A stretch of DNA of 64,000 bases from assembly GCF_020745735.1 (NCBI RefSeq), contig NC_083422.1, forward strand, positions 10,230,001 to 10,294,000, given 5' to 3'. This DNA comes from Hemiscyllium ocellatum. Its lineage: Eukaryota. Below the pieces are notes generated by a model, which searched no databases, had not been told where the DNA came from, and saw only the letters and a program-made list of their open reading frames with translations. Made by a program: the position numbers and the translations under genes. Position 1 is the stretch's first letter, and each line of letters begins with the position of its first letter. This document shows, piece by piece, positions 27,396-39,522 of the stretch.

Positions 27396-27705
27396 ACCCA
27401 ACATACTCACAAGGATCAGATTTACCAGAGAGGTGGAAACCAAACTCCCATTCCTGGATGTGACGGTACAAAGAACACACAGAGTGGTGAATGCACCACT
27501 AAAGTGTACAAGAAAACCACACACAACGACCAGGTCCTGAATTACAACAACCAAACACACACAAGAGAAACTGCATTAGGACCCAATTCAAAAGGGCTAC
27601 AACACACTGCGCACTCTCGAGCTACGAAGAGAAGAAGAACACTTCTACAAAGTGTTCAGCAAGAATGAATATCCCCACAACTTCATCCATAGATGCCTAA
27701 CAGAC
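27395..27705 (+). mobile_element. Poseidon-type PLE RT C-terminal fragment, continued at 31396-32025
   Basis: IRFTRE..KLPFLDV; the reading frame joins across the gap as RCLTD|RQRNKDM. Confidence 0.75.
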
Positions 27706-27808
27706 GTTATTTGATGTGTACTGTATCTTTAAGATTGAATTAATGCAGGCTTCTGTCATGTGACTGACAGCAGTCAGTGTGCTGCAAAATCCGAATATGT
27801 AACATATT

Positions 27809-28450
27809 CAAAGATTGTGAGAAGATTTGTAGCTCGGGTGCTCGTTGTTGTGGTTCTGTTCGCTGAGCTGGGAGTTTGTGTTGCAGACGTTTCGTCCCCT
27901 GTCTAGGTGACATTCCCAGTGCTTGGGAGCCTCCTGTGAAGCGCTTCTGTGATGTTTCCTCCGGCATTTATAGTGATTGGTACCTGCCGCGTCCGGTTGT
28001 CAGTTCCAGCTGTCCGCTGCAGTGGCCGGTATATTGGGTTCAGGTCAACGGGTTTGTTGATAGGATCTATGGATGAGTGGACTCACGTTGCTAGTTGACC
28101 AGCTATCCTTAGTAGCCACACACGTGGATGACAAGCAACATGAATTTGACTGGGACAACACTACTATTATAGGACAAGCCAAACAGAGAACGGCCTGGAA
28201 ATTCCTAGAGGCATGGCACTCATCCACAGATTCAATCAACAAACACATTAACCTGGACCCAATATACCGGCCACTGCAGCGGACAGCTGGAACTGACAAC
28301 CGGAAGCGGCAGAGACAGACCACTATAAATGCCGGAGGAAACAACACAGAAGCGCTTCACAGGAGGCTCCCAAGCACTGAGGATGTCACCTAGACAGGGG
28401 ACGAAATGTCTGCAACACAAATTCCCAGCTCGGCGAACAGAACCACAACA
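27809..28450. mobile_element. Poseidon-type PLE fold-back insertion
   Basis: Inverted termini; TSD atgtaacatatt at 27797-27808 and 28451-28462. Confidence 0.88.
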
Positions 28451-28462
28451 ATGTAACATATT

Positions 28463-30795
28463 GTCATAGAGATGTACAGCATGGAAACAGACCTTTCAGT
28501 CCAACCCGTCCATGCCAACCAGGTATCCCAACCCAGTCTAGTCCCACCTGCCAGCACCCGGCGCATAACCCTCCAAACCCTTCCTATTCATATATCCATC
28601 CAAATACCTCTTAAATGTTGCAATTGTACCAGCCTCCACTACTTCCTCTGGCAGCTCATTCCATCCACATACTATCCTCTGTGTGAGAAAGTTGCCCTGT
28701 GGGTCTCTTTTATATCTTTCCCCTCTCACCCTAAACCTATGCCCTCTAGTTCTGGACTCCCCAACTCCAGGGAAAACACTTTGCCTATTTCCCCTATCCA
28801 TGCCCCGCAATTTTGGTAAACCTCTATAAGGTCACCCACGCAGCCACCGACCCTCCAGGGAAAAAAGCCCCAGACTGTTCAGCCTCTCCCTATAGCTCAA
28901 ATCCTCCAACCCTGGCAACATCCTTGTAAATCTTTTCTGAACTCTTTCAAGTTTCACATCTTTCCAATAGGAAGGAGACCAGAAATGCACACAATATTCC
29001 AACAATGGCCTAAACAATGTCCTGTATAGCCGCAACATAAACCTCCCAACACCTGTACTCAATACTCTGACCAATAAAAGAAGGCATACCAAACACCTTC
29101 TTCACTATCCTATCTCCCTGCAACTCCACTTTCAAGGAGCTATGAACCTGCACTCCAAGGTCTCTTTGTTCAGCAACACTCCCTAGGACCTTACCATTAA
29201 GTATATAAGTCCTGCTAAGATTTGCTTTCCCAAAATGCATTTAAATGAATTAAACTCCATCTGCCACTTCTCAGCCCATTGGCTCATCTGGTCACGATCC
29301 TGTTGTAATTTGAGGTAACCCTCTTCGCTGTCCACTACACCTCCAATTTTGGTGTCATCTGCAAATTTACTAACTGTACTTCTTATGCTCACATCCAAAT
29401 CATTTCTGTAAATGTCAAAAAGTAGAGGGCCCAGCACCAATCCTTGTGGCAACCCACTGGTCACAGGCCTCCAGTCTGAAACACAGCGCACCACCACCAC
29501 CCTCTGTTTTCTACCTTTCAGCCAGTTCTGTATCCAAATGGTTAGTTCTTCCTGTATTCCCATGAGATCGTACCTTGCTAATCAGTCTCCCATGGGGAAC
29601 CTTGTTGACCTTACTGAGGTCCATATAGATCACATCTAATGCTCTGCTCTCATCAATCCTCTTTATCACTTCTTCAAAAAAACTCAATCAAGTTTGTGAG
29701 ACATGATTTCCCACACACAGCCATGTTGACTATCCCTAATCAGGGATATTGAGACAGGTCTACTTGCGGAACGTTTCAGAGAACACCTCTGGGACACCCG
29801 GAACAATCAACCTAACCACCCCATGGCTCAACACTTCAACTCCCCCTCCCACTCCACCAAGGACAAGCAGGTCCTTGGACTCCTCCATCACCAAACCATA
29901 GCAACATGGCGGCTGAAGGAACAGCACCTCATCTTCTGCCTAGGAACCCTCCAACCACAAGGGATGAACTAATTTCTCCAGTTTCCTCATTTCCCCTCCC
30001 CCCACCTTGTCTCAGCCCCAACCCTCAAACTCACCACCACCTTCCTAACCTGCACTCTTCTTCCTGACCTCCCCGTCCCCACCCCCACTCCAGACTATCA
30101 CCCTCACCTTAACCTCCTTCCACCTATCGCATTTCTAATGCCCCTCCCCCAAGTCCCTCTTCCCTTTTATCTTAGCCTGCTTGGCACACTCTCCTCATTC
30201 CTGAAGAAGGGCTCATGCTCGAAACGTCAATCTCCTACTCCTTGGATGCTGCCTGACCTGCTGCGCTTTTCCAGCAACACATTTTCAGCTCTTATCCCTA
30301 ATCAGTCCTTGCCTTTCCCAATACATGTACATCCTATCCCTCAGGATTTCCTCCAACAACTTGCCCACCACAGAAGTCAGGCTCAAAGGTCTATAGTTCC
30401 CTGGCTTGATCTTACCACCTTTCTTAAACAGTGGCACCATGTTAGCCAACCTCCAGTCTTCCGGTACCTCACCTATGACTATCGATGATACAAATATCTC
30501 AGCAAGAGGCCCAGCAATCACTTCTCTAGCTTCCCACAGAGTTCTCGGGTACACCTGATCAGGTCCTGGGGATTTATCCATCTTTACCTGTTTCAAGACA
30601 TCCAGCACTTCCTCCTATGTAATCTGGACATTTTGCAAGATGTCACCATCTATTTCCCTACAGTCTATATCTTCCATATCCTTAAATACTGATGCAAAAT
30701 ACTCATTTAGTATCTCCCCCATTTTGTGTGACTCCACACAAAGGCTGCCATGCTGCTCTTTGAGGGCCCCAATTCTCTCCCTCGTTACCCTTTGT
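28463..30795 (-). mobile_element. CR1 LINE, 5'-truncated, with a nested PLE fragment
   Basis: PQGLVLGPLLF, FADDTK, KSPGPD, PGNYRPLSLTS; CR1 tail at 28463. Confidence 0.93.
29744..30292 (+). mobile_element. Neptune-type PLE 3' fragment inserted in CR1
   Basis: ETG.LLAERFREHL region plus terminus with a CTGAAGA...GAAACGTC motif; TSD tatccctaatcag (29731-29743, 30293-30305). Confidence 0.9.
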
Positions 30796-31395
30796 AGTAA
30801 CCTAGTTCGCAGCAGTTCAAATTTATCGAGTTTAAATTATGCCCAAGATAACAAAACACAATCAAATTTGAATTTTACTGTTTTGACAACATCAGATCAA
30901 TGAGGTGATCCGATATTTTCGAGTATGCGAAGCAGGCATTTTACACAGTTAGCCAGAGCACCACCTGCCATTGTCAGACAGTCGGCCCGAAAACCCCCTC
31001 TCTATAAAGGTACCCTTTTCATATGAAATATCTTTGCAGCAGGAGACTGAAGATGACCCAGGGAGATCTACAGAGGAGAATCGACATCCGAAGCCAACAG
31101 CCGCTGTCTGGTTTTGAAAATGGAGTTGCTGTAAATTCAATTGGGGCTCTATCGGATTAGTATTTTGTTATAGAGTGGGAGGTGGTTAACAAATCTTTAA
31201 GACAAAAGAGGCTTAGAGTTATAAATAGTTGGTGCTTAATATTCAGTTTTGGAGTTAAAGAATAACTTTTTTACTTTAAATAGTGGAATTTGGGTAGTTC
31301 TGTCACTCAGTTTAGTTTAACAGATTACGAGATGAGGTGAGCTATTCTGAGTGTTTCGTTTAATTAGCAGAAGGAATCACCGCCATGTCGTAACA

Positions 31396-32025
31396 CAGAC
31401 AACGTAACAAGGACATGTCTCGACTTAATTCACTTGCTGCGCTACCTTATATGAAAAACATCCCGGAACTGACAGCCAGACTTCTCCACCCACAGATTCA
31501 TGACAGCTCATAAATTGACAGCCATGCTCAGCCAACAACTCAACAAGACAAAAGACTTGCGCAAGACTTATGTAATTTACCAGAATCCATGCACAAAACA
31601 TTATACAGGGCAAACAGGCAGACAACTAGCAATCCGCATCCATGAATACCAACTAACCACACTGCGCCATGACCAGCTGGCCCCAGGATGACACCACAGA
31701 TGACAGGGATCACAAATTCAACTGGGCCAACACAACGATCATAGGACAAACTAAACATAGGACAGCCAGAGAATTCCTAGAAGCAAGGCACTCATCCACA
31801 GACTCCATCAACAAACACATAAATCTTGACCTAATATACTGGGCACTACAACGAACAATGGAAACTAGCAACCAGAAGCAGGAGAAACAGAAACAAGTAA
31901 ATTCCAGAAGACACAGTATATCAGTGCTTCACCGGAGGCTCCAAAGCGCTGAAGATGTCACCCAGACAGGGGATGAAATGCGTGCAAATCAACTTGCCAG
32001 CTCAGCAAACACACCTACAACCACG
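31396..32025 (+). mobile_element. Poseidon-type PLE GIY-YIG/3' fragment
   Basis: HYTGQTGRQLAIRIHE, TAREFLEA, degenerate hammerhead near 31947-31986. Confidence 0.85.
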
Positions 32026-32321
32026 ATTCTGTACAGTTTCGTTTCCTTCTCCAAGGAAGGCCATAGTTCCATTGAGAAACAGTGCAAGAGAGGTTAACCA
32101 GAATGATTCCGAGAGTGGTGGGATTGTTCTTTCAGGAAATTGGGCCTTTATTCGCTTATGGCTTGAAGAATGAGGAGTAATAGCATTGAAGCAGACAAAT
32201 AGATGCAAGAAGGATACTTCCTTTGATGGTGGTGATAGTTTTTTTTTGGGGGGGGAAAGCATTCTAGAACCAGGGTGTGCAGTCTTACATTAAGAGGGAG
32301 GCCATTTATAATTAATTAGAG

Positions 32322-32720
32322 CAGCAGCGTGGCACTGCTTCCTCTCAGCACGAGGAACTCTGGTTCAATTGTAGCCTTGGGTGATAATCTGTGTGGAGCT
32401 TGCCCATGTCTGGGTTTCTTCTGAGTGGAGTGTGTGGTGCTGGAAAAGCACAGCAGGTCAGGCAGCATCCGAGGAGCAGGAGAACCAACATTTTGGGCAT
32501 AAGTTCTTCATCGGGAATCCTCTGGGTACTCTGGTTTCCTCCCACAGTCCATTTCAGTATAAGTGGATTGCCAATGCTAAATTGCCCCATGGTGTTCAGG
32601 AATCTCCAAGCGACATGCATTAGCCTTAGTACAGGGATCAGATGAAGATCTGGGTGGGATGCTCATCAGAGGGTCAGTGCAGTAAACAGGTCAACTGACT
32701 TCGTTCTGTAAGTATTCTAT
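32322..32720 (+). mobile_element. Degraded V-SINE interrupted by a ~95-bp PLE terminus (32425-32517, minus)
   Basis: B box ggttcaatt and V-domain; degenerate TSD tcttctgagt/tcctctgggt around the insert. Confidence 0.75.
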
Positions 32721-33879
32721 GAACCTATCACTAAGAGGGGTACAACTCTTTGGAATTCTCTGCCCCAGAGAGTTGTGGAAACACAGTCATTCTGTACATT
32801 CAAGGTAGAGATCAACAGATTTCTAAAAATATCAGAGATACCAAATCATTTGGAGATAATGCAAGATGATAGTATTGAGGAAGGAGTTCACATGGATCAG
32901 GTTGAATGGCAGAGCAGACTCAAGGACCAAGTGGCCTATTCCTACATCCCTATCAATATGAGCATAGAGTACAAAAGCAAGGAAGTAATGTTAAATATAA
33001 AGTACTGGCTTAACCTCAATTGGAGTACTAGGTCCAGTTCCAGGCACCAGAAGGTGATGGCATTAGACAATGCAGTAAAGATTGACAAGAATAATTCAAG
33101 GACTGAGAAACTTCACTTGTGTAGAAAAATTGGCAAAACTGTTCTCCTTGCAGATGTCTCACAGGTATTCAAAATCATGTGATGTGTGAACTGAGTAGAT
33201 AGAGAAAATCTTTTCTCATGGTGAAAGGATTGAAAATCAGTGGTCACAGATTTATAGCACATTGGCAAAAGAACTGGTAAGAGCAAATTCTTTTCATGTT
33301 GACAGTAGTTAAGATCTGGATGATACTACCCAAGTGCATCTTGAAAGTAGAGCCCAAAGTTTCATATGGGAGTTGGATCATTCTCTGTAAAGGAAGAATA
33401 TGCAGAATGACAGGGAGAAGGCTTTGGGGCCGGGGGTGTGGAATTGTTCCTTCAGACTTGGCCAGCACAGACTTGGTGAATCCAATGTGTGATGGAAAGG
33501 GAAAATCTGACACATCAGTGAACAAAACACAGATATAGCCTGTTGCTCTCAAGCTTTAATTCCTAGGTGACATTTATTAGTAACTAGGGATGTGAGGGGG
33601 AAAAGGGCAGTGTGCGCCAGTGGGTTTTCTTTTGGTTCAGGACATAGATTGAGAGAGGAGGAAGTAATGAATACAGGGCTCCGTGTAATATAACTCACTG
33701 GGCCCAAGTCTATACTTTAAACCGGATTCCCCCCCCAACTCAGCTCCTGCCCCAGCCCCTGCCCCTGCCCCAGCCCCTGCCCCTTTGTGAGCTGGCCTGT
33801 ACGTGGCAGTGACACCAGGCCTGAGCTCCACGGAGGGCTGGTGGGTGGGGGAAGCATCACAATCCCATCCCCACCCCAG

Positions 33880-34350
33880 CTCCCAGGCCCGGGGACGGTG
33901 AGGGTGGACAATAGGGGAAGACGCGGGTCTCAACTGCCCAGCCTGGGCCGGAGGAGGCTCCAGGCCAAGTGCCGCCTCCCCTTTACCCCGGTGCGCAGTG
34001 GCTGTCTTTACCTTCTCTATCCGCTTCTTGGCCATACTGTAAAGGAAAGTTGGTCGCGCCGCGCTCGGAGCCGCTCCCTTGTCGCCCGGCTGGAGGAAGA
34101 CGCTGCCACTTCCCCTTCCTCCAGCCCGCCGACCTCGCTTCCGCTTACAACCGGAAATACGTAACCTGCCCCCTCCCCCCGCAACCGAGGCACGTTGGGG
34201 GTTGTAGTCCCTCAGGTACAACGTACAGCGTGGACTCATGGTTGCGCCTGCGTCTGCACTCCCGCGCGATGCATGTCGGGGATTGTAGTCTCTGAGGCGA
34301 CTGGGTCCATAAACCTGTTGCTCGCACGAACTACATCCCCCGAAACACTC
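33880..34350. promoter_or_regulatory. UBE2D1 CpG-island promoter with ZNF143/SBS-type, ETS and NRF1-like motifs
   Basis: gactacaacccccaacgtgc (minus, ~34190-34209), gactacaatccccgacatgc (minus, 34271-34290), aactacatccccc (34329-34341), ccggaa (34151), gcgcctgcgt (34244). Confidence 0.75.
34012..34035 (-). CDS. UBE2D1: UBE2D coding exon 1 (MAKKRIEK)
   Basis: ATG at 34035, 24 nt, donor gtaaag, inside a CpG island. Exon sizes 24+64+32+78+106+94+46 = 444 nt = 147 aa + stop. Paralog assignment (D1) rests on synteny with TFAM/CISD1 and the TTKIYH/DKE residues. Confidence 0.9.
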
Positions 34351-35419
34351 CAGGAGCAGCCAGAGCTCCATGAGTCTGTTTCAAGGTGGCTCTTCAGGTT
34401 AATTAGGATATACTTTGTTTACACCTACATGTTGTGGGCGTCACTGACTGGATTTATTATCCCCAGTTGCCCTGAGGGGAATTAAGAGTCAACCAATTTG
34501 TTGTCGGTCTGGGGTCAGATGTAGGCCAGACCAGGTAAGTACAAAGGATTTCCACCACTGAAGGACATTAGTGAACCAGATGGGTTTTCTTGACAATCAA
34601 CAATCCAGATTCTTTATGAATTCAAGTTCCACCATCTGTCATGGCAGGATTTGAACCTGGTCCCCAGCTGAGTTTCTGGATCAATAGTTTAGCAACAGTA
34701 CCACCAGGCCATTGCTTTCCTCTTCCCATACTCCATTTAATCCTTTCAACATAACTTTCTCATTATTTCCCTCTCAGTCATGACCAACTGCAATCCATAA
34801 AACCATAAGAAATAGGAACAGGAGTAGTGTATGCGCCCATCGAGCATGCTGCACCATTCCATAAGATCATTGCTGATCCCACATTCCTTATGCCTTCTTC
34901 CCTGACCTTTGCCATAATTCTTGCTTCCCCTACTGATCAAGAATCTGTCTTTTTCGATCTTAAATATGCACAGGGATTCTGCCTCTATAGATAGAACTTT
35001 CCCTTCCAAGCCAGAACTGTGGTTTCAATTCCCATTCCAGAGACTCCAGCACTGAAATCCAGGCTAGCATTCCAGTATGATACTGTGGAGTGCAGCTTTA
35101 TTGAGTCATAAACATGTACAACACAGAAATGTACCTTTCTTTCTTGGAGGAGCTGTCTTTTTGATGAGATATTAAAACAAGCACCTGTTCTGTTTGTTAA
35201 ATTAAAAGATCATATGACATTACGACAAGAGAGTTCCCATTGATAATCAATACTTCAGACTTAATCAACATTAATCAAATCATATCATATTTTTGAGGGA
35301 ACTTGATGTGCACAAATTGGCTGCTGCCTATGATACACTTCAAAAGCCTATCAAAAAACAGCCTTGTTAAGTGAACAATGAGCTTAAGGCATTACAGAAA
35401 CTACTTGCAAATCACATAA

Positions 35420-36330
35420 CTTTTTTATTCAAAAACATACTTTGTACATAAAAATCATCTTTAAGTACAAACAAACGTTCTAAATTTTCTCTGCGCAGTC
35501 TTTGCAGAGAGAAAGAAATAAACAAGATATTGGAATTTTGACATTTCACGGAATTACTCTACAGTTGCAAAAAGTGAAAGGATTCTGACACACGCAGGTA
35601 GTTATTTTTGTTCATTTTGAGGTGGCGAGTGGGTCTGAACTGAATTAATCTTTGTTGTGTTTTGGCAGAAAGACTCCAGACTGTTTCTTGTCAGCAGCAG
35701 CCTCAACCTTTAGTGCTTTCCTCAGCATGTAGTGCTGGACTGTGGAATGTACCAGTCTGACACGAGGTTGAGGTCAACTCTTTACACTGGAAGATCAAGA
35801 AGTTGATTGTACTCCAGGTGCAGTCAATGTTTGTCTTGGTATTCATCCCATGGAACAGCCCTCAGAGCAGAGTCCTGTATAACAGAGGTGCTCAGGACAA
35901 ACCTCAACAAAAATCACTGCACCACTGGTCTGTTTCTTTGAAAAGGCACATTCTTGAAAGTGATGAGTGACAATCTCTACCTCCGCATCCTGCAACCATT
36001 TCGAGGGCATCATGCAATGGCACACAGAGGCTGGACATGCATGAAGGATCTGATGGGCAGTACCCTTCTCACTACCAGCAAGCTATGTTGGTGCTTGTTG
36101 GAAAGTTCTGGTAATGAGGTATTCTGCTAAATGACTTTGACAGTCTGCTCATAGATCCACCCACCAGGGATCAGCCCTCTCCTTTTCCCGCAAGCTCTTG
36201 AGGACAATACACACTGGCCACTGCCTCATAGATTTGTGGTAAATGGTGTTTGCAAATTTTTCCACGAGGGACAGGTGATAAGGAATGGTCCGACTACTGG
36301 GAGTGTTCCTCAGCAATGAGGCCACTAGGG
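35420..36330 (-). mobile_element. Old Tx1/L1-clade LINE 3' fragment
   Basis: Minus-strand translation LVVRRVLPIRSFMH...EIVTHHFQECAF resembles the C-terminal zinc-binding domain; AATAAA-rich 3' end near 35425. Confidence 0.55.
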
Positions 36331-38324
36331 TTAAACTTCTGTATGTAGTGATACTTGATGAAGGTTACAGAGATGCAACATACTACAGAGCCTTTTCCAA
36401 ACATACTAACCCAGGTCTGTCTCCTTTACTCTGAACATTTCTGTGTGACATCATCACATGGCATTTACTGCACTCAGTCAAGTATTAACACTTATTAGTC
36501 CAGTGTGCATCTACAAAAAAAGTACTGATTTCTGAGGATTGTTAGTTCACAGACAAAAAGATCCACACATCAGCACAGTGGTATTTGACAATTTCTTAGA
36601 ACTGATGACCCCTCTCTCCTTGATCAGCAGAGCTTTGTGAACCTTTGGGAAATTCCAACTGGTGCTGTAGGCTTAGCGGGCTGAATATGACATATCGAGA
36701 GTTGCAATGCTTGGCTGTTCATTTGAAAGGAGGGCTTCAGCAAAGTCATCACCTCACGTTTTCTCCTTCTACAATATAAAAAACATTCCACACATCTGGA
36801 GCAGGTGGGACTTGAACCTGGGCCTCCTGGTCCACTGATAGGGTCACTACCACTGCACTACATAGTAAATTGCAGTATATACTGGCACAGGGCAGGAGTC
36901 AGTATGGACCAGTAACTATCACTCATTGACATAACAACCATAATATCCAATTATCACTTTTCAATCTTTCTGTAGTCTTTGATATGATCGAGCATTGCAT
37001 CGTCTTCCAAATACTTGACCCTCCTTCTCTCAATGTGCTGCTTGTGCCTTTCCTGAAGATATGAGAATACTCAACTCAACCTCTGCACCACTTCTCTTGA
37101 CCACATCACTGCTTTTGCATTGCCAGCCTGCTTTTCTCACACCCAGTATTGGATAACCCACAGTTCTCTCGAGGTAAACATGGGTAAAATCTAAGCTATT
37201 GTCTTCAGCCTGTGTATCCGTGTTGCCAATTCAATCCTCTCACCCCAACCCATCAGCTCAACTTGTTCTATTTGATCCGGCACATTTCCTTGTCCCTCTG
37301 AAATATCACCATTCTTGACCTGCCTCTGCCCATTTGTTGCTGAAATTCACTTCCATGACTGTGTCTGTGACATCTCTAGACTTTTTTCATCACTAAGTAT
37401 CTTGGCTAGCCTCTCATTTTCAATCCCAAGTAAACTACAGTTCTTCCAAACTTCTCTTCCTTCTATCACCACCCTCAGTAACTCACCAGTGTCATCACCT
37501 CCAAAATAACCTCGCATTGATTTGATAGAAACATGAAATGATAAGCAAACAAACAGCCCTTCAGGAAGACATGCCTCTACCCCCTCATGAATCATCCAGT
37601 ATTTCTCATTCCTGGGTGCACCTCTACCCATTGATATTCGGACTTTGCAAAACTCCTCAGTTCCCCTATAAATAATTTATATATTCTACTTCAAGAATGG
37701 TTTGAGACAGGAAAGTTCTCCAGCCAGCCATGTAAAATAAAATTCCAACATGCTTTTTGTGATTTTTTTTACCTGTGACCCATCATTACTGTTTCACCTA
37801 ACAAGAGAAACAACCTGTGACAATTTAACTATATAGTTACCTAAGAAATCCGAAGACCTCCAACAGGCCAGAGAGATCACCATGAAAAATTGAATGAAAT
37901 AAAAAGTACTTCTGGGTGCAAAAGCACTTCAGGACATTGTAAGTTTATGAAAGATGTTTTTTAAATGTTCCTGTTTCACGATGTTTAGCATTACATTTCT
38001 TTCAACTTTTTATTCCTTAATTGGGCAGAGCTTTATGTTTTTGCCTCCCTTGACAATTGTGTGACAGCCAGTAACAAAATACATTGCAGCCTTCATGCAT
38101 GTGTGTGTCCTTGCAATGTTACTCAAAATAACATTAATTTCTCAGTTGGTTTAGCTTAAACCTTTCTTCTGGACGTTCGTCAACTTGCAATGTTAACTCT
38201 TGTTTCTCTCCTTACCAGTCCTACTGGGAGTATTTTGCATTTCTGTCTTGGTTTATAATGTAATTTGAGAATTGTTACAGAGCAGAAGGTCCAATGTGCC
38301 TGCACCAGCTCTTTTGGTTCCGTG

Positions 38325-38640
38325 GAAAAGCTCAGCAGGTCGAGCAGCACCTGTGGACAGAAATCAAAACTGTACCTCAGAAGGGTCAAAATCAACTAGG
38401 CAAAAGTGAGGACTGCAGATGCTGAAAAAGGGCTGCTGCCCGAAACGTCGATTTTCCTGCTCCTCAGATGCTCCCTGACCTGCTGTGCTTTTCCAGCACC
38501 ACTCTAATCTTGCCTCAGAAGGGTCACTTAACCCAAAACATTAACTCTGATTTCTCTCTGCAGTTGCTGCCAGATGTTGAGCTTTTCCAGTAATTTATGT
38601 TTTTGTTTCTGATTTACAGTATCCACAGTTCTTTCGGTTT
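38325..38640. mobile_element. PLE-derived mini fold-back with a second PLE mini-element (38389-38512) nested inside
   Basis: 14-bp TSD cctcagaagggtca (38375-38388, 38513-38526). Confidence 0.8.
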
Positions 38641-38844
38641 TCACTTTGTTCCACACTCTTTGCAATCTATACAAATACTTATTTAATGCACTTTTAATGC
38701 CTTAACTTTTATTTTTAAAATATAATTGAGAAACTTTGTATGTTGTCCCAGTGCATTTGAGATTGGGACAACTCAATGTCACTCAGAGACCTTGCCTCAT
38801 CAGTGGTCTCACTGCTACCCCGGGACCACAGGCGATCCTGACCC

Positions 38845-39115
38845 AATGCCGGCCCGAGTCTGCGCAGTACCGGATGGTTCACCGATTCTGTGCCGGCTGG
38901 GAGTCTGCGCGATGTTTTTATGACGTCCAGTGCCGTTTGGGAGCCTGCGCGGTGCAGTCGTGATGTGCCGGATGGCCGGGAGTTGTGTGATCGTGACGTC
39001 CAGCGCCGGCTGGGATTCTGCGCAGTGCTGTCGTGATGTCCAACGCCGGCAAAGCGTCTGCGCAGTGTTGATGTGACGTCAAGTGCCGGCCGGGATTCTG
39101 CGCAGTGGCGGGCCG
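38845..39115. repeat. 40-bp degenerate tandem repeat (~6-7 units) in the CISD1 promoter
   Basis: TGAYGTS at 38921, 38961, 38994, 39034, 39074; CTGCGC at 38860, 38905, 38945, 39018, 39058, 39098. Confidence 0.85.
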
Positions 39116-39237
39116 GTTCTGCACCCGTTGTGTACCTTGCTCTGTCCAAAGGGCCGTCCTCGATGGTGTGACTGCGGGAGGGCGACACTGGTTCCGCTGT
39201 CCCTGAGGCCGGGAGAGGAGCGTGACCAGCCGGAGTG

Positions 39238-39262
39238 ATGGGGGGCTCCTCGAATGTGAAAG
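39238..39262 (+). CDS. CISD1: CDGSH iron-sulfur domain protein 1 (mitoNEET), coding exon 1 (MGGSSNVK+G)
   Basis: In a CpG island; ATG...AAAG|gtaatt phase-1 donor joins exon 2 in frame (G+AA = E; EWVAA, cf. human EWIAA). Confidence 0.8.
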
Positions 39263-39522
39263 GTAATTGTGGTAGCCGGGGGCCCAGTTGTGTCGGCGAG
39301 GACCTGGCCTTGGTGTGGACCCCCACCCCCACCCCCACCCCCACCCTCCCCGCCCTCGGGGGGAGCTCCTGTTTCGAGGCTACCCCCACCCGGTCACCGG
39401 CCAGGGGCTCGGGGAAATGTTTGCTGCCAAAACCGGGGTTTGGGAGCATCCTGCAGTAATGTCAAGTGTGGAAGGTCACCTCCACCTTCCCCCACCCCCC
39501 CTCAAAAAGCCGGTCAGCATTG

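Larger units (their letters stand above)
27706..31395. mobile_element. Probable solo LTR (27706-27808 + ~30793-31395), split by younger insertions
   Basis: Termini (c)GTTAT...GTAACA, TATAAA near 31004; the sequence reads through (aacatatt|gtagtaacc) once the PLE and CR1 are removed; interrupts a PLE ORF. Confidence 0.5.

Noticed and set aside
33637-34371. 244-aa ORF containing MAKKRIEK
   Set aside because: Read-through of a GC-rich promoter and intron; only 34012-34035 is coding, bounded by a splice donor
38845-39115. CRISPR-like periodicity
   Set aside because: Eukaryotic context; degenerate whole-unit repeats with no unique spacers and no cas genes
39238-39255. N-myristoylation of CISD1 (MGGSSN)
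   Set aside because: Lacks Ser/Thr at position 6 of the MGxxxS consensus
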